Positions 1-11,110 of a stretch of DNA of 64,000 bases are shown in pieces (the stretch's first letter is position 1; each line of letters opens with the position of its first letter). The notes under the pieces were generated by a model. It had not been told where the DNA came from, did no database searches, and saw only the letters and a list, made by a program, of their open reading frames with translations. The position numbers and the translations under genes are program-made. The stretch covers positions 144,896,001 to 144,960,000 of the forward strand of contig CM059432.1 of the NCBI GenBank assembly GCA_030390025.1, written 5' to 3'. This DNA comes from Squalus acanthias (taxonomy: Eukaryota).

Positions 1-501
1 GGATCGGGTGGATGCGGGGAGGATGTTCCCGATGACGGGTGAGACGAGAACTAGGGGACATAGTCTTAGAATAAGGGGCTGCTCTTTCAAAACTGAGATG
101 AGGAGGAACTACTTCACTCAGAGGGTGGTAGGTCCATGGAATATGCTGCCACAAAAAGCTGTAGAAGCTACAACATTAATTAAATTTAAAACAGAAATAG
201 ACAGTTTCCTAGAAGTAAAGGGCATTAAGGGTTACGGGGAGCGGGCAGGAATTTGGACATGAGTCTAGGTTCGGATCGGTCATGGCCCTGTGGGTAGTGG
301 AGCGGGCCCAGGGACTGTGTAGCCTGATTCTGCTCCTATTTCGTGTGTGCAATTCTGTTAGATGCAGGAGATGGTTCTGTGATAGATAGTAGATTGGCGG
401 TTAGGATCAGATCAGCCATGATCTTATTGAATGGCGGAGCAGGCTCGAGGGGCCGATTGGCCTACTCCTGCTCCTATTTCTTATGTTCTTATGTTCTTAT
501 G
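1..501 (+). mobile_element. CR1 LINE 3' end
   Basis: ORF2 C-terminus TRGHSLRI...FTQRVV, CR1 3'UTR, and a (TTATGTTC)n tail. Confidence 0.9.
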
Positions 502-1445
502 TGATGGTCTTGGTCAGATGGTTCCTGGCAAGGAATCCTTCCAGCACGAGATGCCAAACTAGTTCCTACAGTCAGAATGGTCCAGCATCAAGCCCAATCT
601 TGTAATCCAACAATTCAAGAGTTATTGTGTTTTAAATACACATCATTAAGGGAAACTATTAAGGTATTTTGTTGATTTTTGTTTTAAGGTATGATTATCT
701 CACCCAAACCAAATTATTTTCTATACACCTCAAGATCCTGGGGTGTAATTTCTTGTATATTTGTGCCCAGAGATGCGTAAAAACAGGGCAAATGCCCGAC
801 GTAAAAGATTGAGGAAACTCAGGCGGAAGTGTTTTCGCACGTAATTATGCTACACCCAAATTTTCTCGCTCTTTTATGCCCGTCTATCAATCCCTGCGCC
901 GGATCGCATCTCAGCTCATTATATCGGCTCCGCCCCGGGCTAAAGAACTGTACATGCAAATTTCTTGCAATTACGCTGCCTCAAAACAGATGTAAAAATC
1001 AAGCCTCATATTTTAGGCGTAGCAAGATACCAAGTCATTTTTCTGGTGCTTTATTGTGATTTTTTAAAATTTCTCCACACCGTGACCTGATCTGTATATT
1101 CTGGTTAATGGACTACTATGCTGTCTAAATGTGGATCAGAAGCAGAGTATGTTTAAGCCAAAGAACTAGAGCCTGAGAAGTTAGATGCAATTTTTTGCCT
1201 GACTTTACCATGGCAGCATATTGTTTTGTGGGACAATATTACTGTTCCTTTTCAAAATTCTAACTTCTGAATTAAACCTACCACTTTCATGGGTTTATAA
1301 ACAGATCTACAACGAATACAGTCAAAATTAATAGAACAGTGTAAATGCATGAAAACTCAAAAGAAATACAACAATGTATAACTGGAAGAATAATGATAAA
1401 AGCACTCACACAAGCAAGGTAAAAATTTTAAACGGTATACACTAC

Positions 1446-1510
1446 CTGAGACAGCATAGACGGACAGCTTTCTTGGATGCAAAACAGCCAAGTGAAGTAG
1501 TTCTGTACCT
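1446..1510 (-). CDS. BBS9: BBS9 third coding exon (65 bp); gene continues beyond the left edge
   Basis: Reads (S)GTELLHLAVLHPRKLSVYAVS(G). TTGCAG acceptor, GTAGT donor, and phase consistent with the previous exon. Confidence 0.95.
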
Positions 1511-2362
1511 CTGCAAGAACAAATGAAATCACCTAACTACAAAAGACCTCAAGGCTACAAAAAAGCAGCTCATATACTGCTTTTAAATTATGAAATGTTA
1601 CTTTAAAAAAAAAGTTAAATCCCGACTAGGTCTGCACGACCACATTAAGCTCAAATACAGTAAACATGCTTCTACAAATCCATGGTCATTGTGTTTTATA
1701 ATTCACAACCTCTCAATGGTATATTTTTTAATGGGGACTGAACTATTAATATTATCGCTTTTTATTATGCAATAAGTAAGAATATTGCATGGCTTTCAGG
1801 GAACACCCATCTGTTCTTAGCTGTGTTACACAACATGTAGAAGTGTTTGAATAGCGAATTTGGCAGTCAGTTGTAAATACTTTTAAAACAAGCCAACACA
1901 AAACAACCTGTTTAGACGTTGCTGCTTTGTCACAAAGCAATCTTAAAGAGCTGAAAATAAAAATACAAATTTCAACACTGTCTTGCATGTGCTGGCAGCA
2001 AACTAATTTAAACTGATCCTTCGGCCTTATGATATCAATTCAGCAAAAAATATCATGTATCAGTAGGATATATATCGACTGTAGACAAATATCAGGATAC
2101 GGAGAAGACACAAACCCCATTCTGTCCCCCAAATCATTAACTTTTAAACTGTAAAAAACAGTCCATCCGAGGATAGGGCAAATAGCGCCATCACCACTTT
2201 AAGAATAGGAACCTGTAGCTAAAGGGTGGCAATGAAAGGTTACCTACTTTGTAGGGTCGTCTTGATTTTTGTGATGTCTATTCCCCATGCACTCTTAGAG
2301 CAGCTGGCCACATTATCTGGGAAGTTTACTTCCTTTTAAGATGTTCTGTGATATCAGTGCAT

Positions 2363-2556
2363 GATTGGTTACAATCTGGAATGCACTGCCTAAAAGAGTG
2401 GTGGAAGCAGATTCAATAGTAACTTTTAAATGGGAATGGGATAAATCTGCAGGGCTATGGGGAAAGAGCAGAGGAGTGGGACTAATTGAAGAGCTCTTTC
2501 AAAGAGCCGGCACAGGTACGATGGGCCGAATGGCCTCTTTCTGTGTTGTATGATTC
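2363..2556 (+). mobile_element. CR1 LINE 3' fragment
   Basis: WNALPKRVVEADSI peptide plus a CR1 3'UTR like the other copies in the window. Confidence 0.75.
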
Positions 2557-3224
2557 CAATCATCATTTCCCCACTCCTACACAGTGTAGAAGGGCTAACC
2601 TAACCTTGGACCAGCATCAGTTCATTTTTGCCCAAAGGCCAGTCTGAAAGAGAGATATAATTTGCACCCTTCCCCGTCTTGTATAGGCCCGAGAGGCCAA
2701 CATGATGCACGGAGGATACTCATCAGTAAAATAAAGACCCTACCTCATATGTAATCTGTCTTTACCTCATGTCCTCCACGCACAACTGGTATAGCAGAAG
2801 GAGGAGGAGGAACATGGAGACGTCTGCCAAACAAAGCATCATCCACAGCTGCTAAATCCAAAGAGTAGCTGCTGGTAAAGGAACATTGATCACTCCCTAT
2901 CTGCTTTGCATATGCAGCATCTGAGGCCCAACTATCTTCAGCTGTTTCATCAATGACCTTCCCTCCATCATAAGGTCAGAGGTGGAGCTGTTTGCTGATG
3001 ATTGCAGTGTTCAGTTCCATTTGCAATTCCTCAGATATTGAAGCTGTCCATGCCCCCATGCAGCAAGACCATAAGGATGAGAATTTTAAATTGCAGGTGC
3101 TGGGGGCCCCCCGAGGAGCCAATTAGGCCATCGAGCACGGAGATGGTGGGTGAGCGAGGCGGAGCAGGATGTGATAAGTTTTAGTGCAGAGAGTTTTGGA
3201 AGAGCCGACATTTACACGGCCTCG

Positions 3225-3703
3225 CATTCACCCTATCTCTGTGACCTATCCCAATCAGACAATCCCCTCCTCCAAAGTCTCCATTCCTCCAACTCTGACC
3301 TCTTGTGCATCCCCTCGCTTTTACCCACCATTAACATTTATGCCTTCAGTTCAATGTTTCCTTTAACCTGCGCAGCGCTCCATGGGTCCCGCGCAGCTGG
3401 TGAGCCGGCTTTTAAATTGAAAAAAAACACGCACTTTTGAATGGGCCGCTCAGCCCAAAAAAAATTATGGGGAACATTGCTTCAGTCTAGGCCCCACAAT
3501 CTGGAATTCCCTCCCTAAACCTCTCCGCCTCTCCACCTTCTTCTCCTCCTTTAAGACCCATCTCTGTGACCAAGCTTTTAGTCACCCATCCGAATGTCTC
3601 CTTCTTTGGCTTGGCCTCCATTTTTGGCTGCTTATGCTTCTGTGAAGCGCCTTGGGACAATTTTCTATATTAAAGTCGCTACGTGAATGCTAGTTGCTGT
3701 TGT
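3225..3703 (+). mobile_element. L2-like LINE 3' end, interrupted by a MITE
   Basis: Contains CTGGAATTCCCTCCCTAAACC...GTGAAGCGCCTTGGGAC and a GTTGCTGTTG tail, shared with the other L2 copies. Confidence 0.65.
3352..3479. mobile_element. hAT-type MITE, copy 1
   Basis: Termini CAATGTTTCC...GGAACATTG with an 8-bp TSD (CTTCAGTT/CTTCAGTC). A related copy is at 57026. Confidence 0.7.
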
Positions 3704-6151
3704 TTGCGTCAAAAACGTATCATTTAAAGCAAAAGACACTTCTAGGCAAAATAGTCACAAGTTCAGCTGGTTACGCCCATCTGTGGTGTCAGAGGCCCAT
3801 GAGCACTTTACACAGCGTTTAAAACCGACGTGGCTGGTGTGGAAGATTCTAGATTGACACTAGTGCATTCTGGGAACCCATCTAGTTGAGTTTCATCACT
3901 CAGCGCTGAGAAACATGCCAGTACTGAAAGACCAAATTTCAGACACGGGCCGTGTCTGAGAGACTGCTCAAGCCACTTCAAAACATACAGTAGCTAGTTT
4001 TATGGGTTATTTCAATTTTATTCTCACTATCTTTTTTAAAATTAATACAGCTGTACATTGAGCTGGATCAGAGGTAAAAGTGGAACCAAGAACTGCTTGG
4101 TAAAATTAAACATGGCAGCATCAACGATTGAAATTGCAGCCTTTCCAGTAGTTGCTTTTCCATGGGATCTTAGGTGATCTATACGTTGTTGATATCAGCC
4201 AATGGGAAAAGCGTGACAATTTATTTTAAACACTGGACCAATTTAATTGCCACACACAGACTTGATGTGAATGCAAGAATTAAGGAAAGCTAGCTGGGTA
4301 TTTCTATAGTAAACTTATTCTGGTGGTTCACACTTGCAGTAAAATGGCTCCCTCTGCTGATCAATGACCATCAATAGAATCATAGAATGGTTACAGCACG
4401 GAAGGCAGCAATTCGGCCCGTCGAGCCCGTGCCAACTCTCAGCTACTCCCACTCCCCCGCCCTTTCCCCGTAGCCCTGCAATTTCTTTTCCTTCAGATAC
4501 TTATCCAACTCCCTTTTGAAAGATAAAATTGAGTCTGCCCCCACCACCCTTTCAGGCAGTGCATTCCAGATCTTAACCACTCGCTGTGTAAACATATTTT
4601 TTCTTGCGCCGCCTTTGGTTCTTTTGCCAATCACCTTAAATCTGTGTCCTCTGGTTCGTGACCCTTCTGCCAATGGGAACAATTTCTTTCTATCTACCCT
4701 GTCTAGACCCCTCATGATTTTGAACACCTCTTTCAAATCTCCTCTCAATCTTCTCTGCTTCAAGGAGAACAACCACAGCTTCTCCAGTCTATCAACGTAG
4801 CTGAAGTCCCTCATTCCCTGGAATCATTCTCGTAAAACTTTTCTGCACGCTCTCTAAGGCCTTCACATCCTTCCTAAAGTGTGGCGCCCAGAATTGGACA
4901 CAGTACTCGAGTTGGGGCCAAACCAGTGTTTTATACAGGTTCATCATAATTTCCACACTTTTGTACTCTATACCTCTATTTATGAAGCCCAGGATCCCGT
5001 AAGCCTTTTTAACTGCTTTCTCAACCGGCCCTGCCACCTTCAACGATTTATGCACACATACCCCCAGGTCTCTCTGTTCTGTGCACCCCCTTTAGGATTG
5101 TACCATTTAGTTTATATGTCCTCTCCTCATTCTTTCTACCAAAATGCATCACTTCACACTTTTCTGCGTTAAATTTCATCTGCGACGTGTCCACCCATTT
5201 CACCAGCCTGTCTATGTCTTCCTGAAGTCTATCACTCTCCTCCTCACTGTTCACTATACTTCCAAGTTTTGTCATCTGCAAATTTTGAAATTGTGCCCTG
5301 TACACCCACGTCCAAGTCGTTAATATATATCAAGAAAAGCAGTGGTCCTCGAACCGACCCCTGGGGAACACCACTGTATACCTTCCTCCAGTCCGAAAAA
5401 CAACCGACACCATTACTCTCTGTTTCCTGTCACTTAGCCAATTTCGTATCCAGGCTGCCACTGTCCCTTTTATTCCATGGGCTTCAATTTTGCTGGCAAG
5501 CCTATTATGTGGCACTTTGTCGAACACCTTTTGGAAATCCATGTACACTACGTCAACTGCATTACCCTCATCAACCCTCTCTGTTACCTCATCAAAAAAC
5601 TCGATCAAGTTGGTTAAACACGATTTGGCTTTTGGATTACCTTTTATGTTGGCTGCCATTCTATTCTCATATCCTCTCTTTGCCCCTCTTATTTTCTTTT
5701 TCACTTCTCCTCGGACCTTTCTATATATAGCCTAATTCTCAGATGTATTTGCAACCTGACATCTGTCATACGCACTCTTTTTCTGCTTCATCATATTCTC
5801 TATCTGTTTCGTCATCCAGGGAGCTCTGATTTTAGTTGCCCTACCTTTCTCCCTCGTGGGAATGTACCTCGACTGTACCGGAACTATTTCCTCTTTAAAT
5901 GCAGCCCATTGTTCCACTACAGTTTTGCCTGCCAATCTTTGATTCCAGTTTACCCGGGCCAGATCCGTTCTCATCCCACTGAAATTGGCCTTCCCCCAGT
6001 TAAACATTTTAACTCTAGATTGCTCCCTGTCCTTTTCCATAGCTAATCTAAACCTTATGATATTAGGATCACTGTTCCCTAAAGGTTCACCTACTGACAC
6101 TTGTGAGAAGTCGCACAACACCAGGTTATAGTCCAACAGCTTTATTTGAAA

Positions 6152-6188
6152 TCACAAGCTTTCGGAGCGCTGCTCCTTCATCAGGTAA
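6152..6188 (-). ncRNA. Minimal type I hammerhead ribozyme motif
   Basis: Minus strand reads TTAC-CTGATGA-A-GGAGC-AGC-GCTCC-GAAA-GCTT-GTGA. Confidence 0.7.
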
Positions 6189-6312
6189 AGTGAAGAGATA
6201 CATATATGGTCAGAGAACACTGCCAGATGCCAGGGCAGTTAGAAAGATTAACTGTAATCATCTGGCAGTGTTCTCTGACTATATATGCTGTGCCGATATG
6301 TATCTCTTCACT

Positions 6313-6349
6313 TCACCTGATGAAGGAGCAGCGCTCTGAAAGCTTGTGA
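6313..6349 (+). ncRNA. Minimal type I hammerhead ribozyme motif
   Basis: Reads TCAC-CTGATGA-A-GGAGC-AGC-GCTCT-GAAA-GCTT-GTGA. Helix I is TCAC/GTGA and helix III is the AGCT palindrome. Confidence 0.7.
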
Positions 6350-6904
6350 TTTCAAATAAAGCTGTTGGACTATAACCTGGTGTTGTGCGACTTCTCACAT
6401 TTGTCCACCCCAGTCCAACACCGGCATCTCCACATCATGGCTACTGACACTTGACCTACCTCATTCCCCAGAACCAGATCCAGCAATGCCTCATGCCTCC
6501 TCCCTCGTTGGGCCAGAAACATACTGATCAAGAAAGTTGAAGTCCCCCATTTTTACTACTCTATAGTTTTTGCACCTCTCTGTAATTTCTCTGCAAATTT
6601 GCTCCTCCATAGCACTCTGTGAATCATAGAATCATATAAATTTACAGCACAGTAGGAAGCCATTTGGCCCATCGCGTCTGTGCTGGCCGAAAATCCAGCC
6701 TAAACCCACTTTCCAGCTCTTGGTCCGTAGCCTTGTAGGTTACGGCACTTCAAGTGCATATCCAAGTGCTTTTTAAATGTGATGAAGGTTTCTGCCTCGA
6801 CCACCCTTTCAGGCAGTGAGTTCCAAACGCCCACCACCCTCTAGGTAAAAATAGTTCTCAACTCCCCTCTAATCCTTCTACCAATTACTTTAAATCTATG
6901 TCCC

Positions 6905-7597
6905 TGTGGAAATAAAATGGAAGAAGTAGTGTCGAAGTAAGAAAACTGAAATAAAATGAAGGAGTCACCATGTGTAAGAGATAGTGGGTAAATAATGCAG
7001 AGGTTCAGTATCAGCCGTGGAATGTTCTGAAACAGAGGGCACATAGGTAACCTCATCAGACACGGGTGAGGTCACTACAGACGCCAGTTAACAAACAATG
7101 GGTCAATTGGAGAAAATGGATGAAGTAAGACGTAAACTAAATCAAGGTGATGGGACAGATTGTAGAATAGGATAAACCAATCATCAGGGGCGCAGGCCGA
7201 AAAGGAAAAAAAAGGAACAAATGCGTAACCAAAGAGATGGGACAGATTATAGAATAGTATAAACCAGGAGGGAAAACCCCAGATAGGCAGCGAGAACCTA
7301 GGAACAACACTCGACAGCAGGGACCTAGGGACAGAAACCCTACGTAGAGGTTTGGACAGAGCTTGATCACCTCGGACCAAATCGGGTGATATCAATATAA
7401 GTTGAGAGTCTTATATTTTGGAATTGTACTTTAAATAACGAATGGTGTTTGTTCAGCATTTATTAAAGATAAATCTTTGTACGCGAAATCTGTTGCCTGT
7501 GTGTTTGTTCAGACCAAACTTACATTTGAACCCTAAAAGGAAAAATTGCGAACCTATTTGTTCGATCTTTCGAACATCTAGCGAATTCGGCGCAACA
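6905..7597 (+). mobile_element. Solo LTR (693 bp)
   Basis: TG...CA termini, 5-bp TSD GTCCC (6900-6904, 7598-7602), an internal direct repeat of about 30 bp, TATA-like AATATAAG near 7395 and ATTAAA near 7462. It interrupts contiguous CR1 sequence. Confidence 0.8.
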
Positions 7598-10294
7598 GTC
7601 CCCCTGGTTATTGACCTCTCTGCTAAGGAGAATAGGTCCTTACTACCCACTCTATCTAGGCCCCTCATAATTATATACACCTCAATTAAGCCCCCCCTCA
7701 GTCTCCTCTATTCCAAAGAAAACAAACCCAGCCTTTCCTCATAGCTAAAATTCTCCAGTCCTGGCAACATCCTTGTGATTCTCCCCTGTACCCTCTCTAG
7801 TGCAATCACATCTTTCCTGTAATGTGGTGACCAGAACTACATAAGAACATAAGAATAGGAGCAGGAGTAGGTTATTTGGCCCTTCGAGCCTGCTCCGCCA
7901 TTCAATATGATCATGGCTGATCCTCTATCTCAATACCATATTCCCGCTCTCTCCCCATACACCTTGATGCCTTTTGTGTCCAGAAATCTATCTATCTCCT
8001 TCTTAAATATATTCAGTGACTTGGCCTCCACAGCCTTCTGTGGTAGAGAATTCCACAGGTTCACCACCCTCTGAGTAAAGAAATTTCTCCTCATCTCAGT
8101 CCTAAATGTCCTACCCCGTATCCTGAGACTGTGATACCCTCATTCTAGAGCCCCCTCCAGCCAGGGGAAACATCCTCCCTGCATCCAGTCTGTCTAGCCC
8201 TGTCAGAATTTTATACGTTTCAATGAGATCCCCGCTCATTCTTCTAAACTCTAGTGAATAGAGGCCTAGTCGACTCAATCTCTCCTCCTACGACAGTCCT
8301 GCCATCCCAGGAATCAGTCTGGTGAACCTTCGCTGCACTCCCTCTATGGCAAGTACATCCTTTCTTAGGTAAGGAGACCAAAACTGCACACAGTACTCCA
8401 GGTGTGGTCTCACCAAGGCCCTGTAAAACTGTAGTAAGACATTCTTGCTCCTGTACTCAAATCCTCTTGCAATGAAGGCCAACATACCATTTGCCTTCCT
8501 AACTGCTTGCTGCACCTGCATGTTTGCTTTCAGTGACTGGTGTACAAGGACACCCAGGTCCCTTTGTACATCAACATTTTCCAATCTATCACCATTTAAA
8601 TAATACTCTGCCTTTCTGCTTTTCCTACCGAAGTGGATAACTTCACATTTATCCACGTTATACTGCATCTGCCATGTATTTGCCCACTCACTCAACAAGT
8701 CTAAATCGCCTTGAAGCCTCTTTGCATCCTCCTCACAACCCCACCTAGTTTCATGCCGTCAGCAAACTTGGAAATATTACATTTGGTTCCCTCATCCAAA
8801 TCATTGATATATAGTGAATAGCTGGGGCCCAAGCACTGTTCCCTGCAGTACCCCACTAGTCACCGCCTGCCACCCCAAAAAAGACCCATTTATTCCTACT
8901 CTCTGTTTCCTGTCTGTTAACCACTTTTCAATCCATGCCAGTATATTATCCCATGTGCTTTAATTTGGCTGATCTTCTACCTCATCTCCACTTTCCTGCA
9001 CTATCCCCATATCCCTTGATTCCCCTAATATTCAAAAATCTATCGATCTCTGTCTTGAATATACTCGACGACTGAGCCTCCACAGCCCTCTTGTACACAA
9101 TACTCCAGGTATGGTCTCACCAGGGCCCTATATAATTGCAGTAAGACATTTTTACTCTTATAATCAAATCCTCTTGTAATAAAGGCCAACATACCATTTG
9201 CTTTCCTAATTGCTTGCTGTACCTGCAGGTTAACTTTCAGTGATTCGTGTACAAGGACACCCAGGTCCCTCTGAACACCAACATTTCCCAATCGCTCACA
9301 TTTCCCAATTTCTCACCATTTAAAAAATACCCTACCTTTTTATTTTTCCTACCAAACTGGATAACTTCACATTTCTCCACATTATATTCCATTTAACATG
9401 TTCTTGCCCACTCACTTAGCCTGTCTATATCCCCTTGAAGCTTCCTTGTATCCTCTTCACAACTGACATTCCCACCCAGTTTTGTATCAACAACAAACTT
9501 AGATATATTACATTTGGTCCCCTCATCCAAATCATTGATGTAGACTGTGAATAGTTGAGGCCCAAGCACTGATCCTTGCGGTACCCCACTAGTTACAACC
9601 TGCCAACCCGAAAATGACCAGTTTGTTCCTACTCTGTTTTCTGTCTGTTAACCAATCCTCAATCCATGCTAGTATATTACCCTCAATCCCATGAGCCCTA
9701 ATTTTGTTTAATAGCCTCTCGTGTGGCACCTTATCAAATGCCTTCTGAAAATCCAAATACACCACATCCACTGGTTCCCCCTTATCTATTCTGCTAGTTA
9801 CAACCACAAAAAGCAAGTCAAAAAACAGATTTGTCAAACACAATTTCCCCTTCATAAATCCGTGTTGACTCTGCCCAATCCTATTATTATTTTCTAAGTG
9901 CCCTGTTACCACGTCCTTAATAATAGATTCTAGCATTTTCCCTGCTACTGATGTCAAGCTAACTGGTCTGTAGTTCCCCGTTTTCTCTCTCCCTCCTTTC
10001 TTAAATAGTGGGGTTACATTTGCTACCTTCCAATCCGCGGGAACTGTTCTAGAATCTATGGAATTTTGGAAGATGACAACCAATGCATCCACTATCTCTA
10101 TAGCCACCTCTTTCAAAACCCTAGTATGTAGGCCCACAGGTCCTGGGGATTTATCGGCTTTCAGTCCCATTAATTTCTCCAGTACTATTCTTTTACTAAA
10201 CTAATTTATTTCAGTTCCTCATTCTCGCTAGACCCTTGGTTCTCCACTATTTCCGGGAAGTTTTTGCATCATCTTCCGTGAAGTCAGACACAAA

Positions 10295-11110
10295 GGGCTC
10301 GATTTTGTCAATGGGGACGTGATGGAGGCGGGACTCCCAATTTTTGGGTTGCAGTCCCGCCTCCATCAATTTGTGGCCAACCCACGCTACTTTCCCTTGA
10401 TTGACCTTAAGCCCACCCAGCGGGCTCAGCAGGCCAATTAAGGGACACCTGGATACTGGTGACGTCAGCGATTGACATTTCATCTGTGAAGAGCGTTTGA
10501 CAGATGAAATATCAGCGTTTGACAGCTCTGTGAAGCTGTCAAACACTGACAATCTGTCTTCTAACTTGAGTCCTTCTACTCAGACTCAATTAGAGAGTGC
10601 TCCAGACCAGAAAGCAGAGGCTGCAGCTTTTGACAGTTCAGCGGCCATTCTGCTTTCTCTGCCGGTGAGCTGAGGGACTCCCGAGAACTGAAGGGAGGAA
10701 GCCTGGAGGAGAAAGTAAAACTTATTAAAACACTTTACACACATCAAACACACTTACCTCTGCACTCATGCACCCATCACTCACCTGTACACCGGACATC
10801 TCGACCCCTCCAAGCCCTGCAGACCGACGGTCCGCCTCGCTAACTTGGCGTGGTTTGGAGCTGTCGGACAGCCCACACTTCAGGGCTAAAAATAGTTTAG
10901 CCAAAAAACTGCCTGTTAACTACCTGTTAACAGGCAGTTAATTGGCACTAATCCCCTTCCCGCCTCGGGGAGGCGGCTCCCAGCACAAGTCGGGTACCCG
11001 CCTCCTGGGACATTGGCATGGAGGCGGGTTGGGGGCGGATGGGTACGTGCCCCCCGAATCTGCAATTTTCCCACCACTCCCGCCTCCACAGGGCTTGGAA
11101 AATCGAGCCC
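10295..11110. mobile_element. PIF/Harbinger-like non-autonomous DNA transposon
   Basis: TIRs GGGCTCGATTTT...AAAATCGAGCCC with a 3-bp TSD AAA, inserted in CR1 ORF2. Confidence 0.75.

Larger units (their letters stand above)
6104..6440 (+). mobile_element. Fold-back Penelope-like terminal element, copy 1
   Basis: Long inverted repeat with an approximately 40-bp unpaired tail and a 13-bp TSD CTACTGACACTTG (6091-6103, 6441-6453). Confidence 0.85.
4373..6610 (-). mobile_element. CR1 LINE, degenerate ORF2
   Basis: Fragmented RT peptides (YMDFQKVFDKVPH, LEYCVQFWAP) and an ATTCTATG-type tail. Confidence 0.92.
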
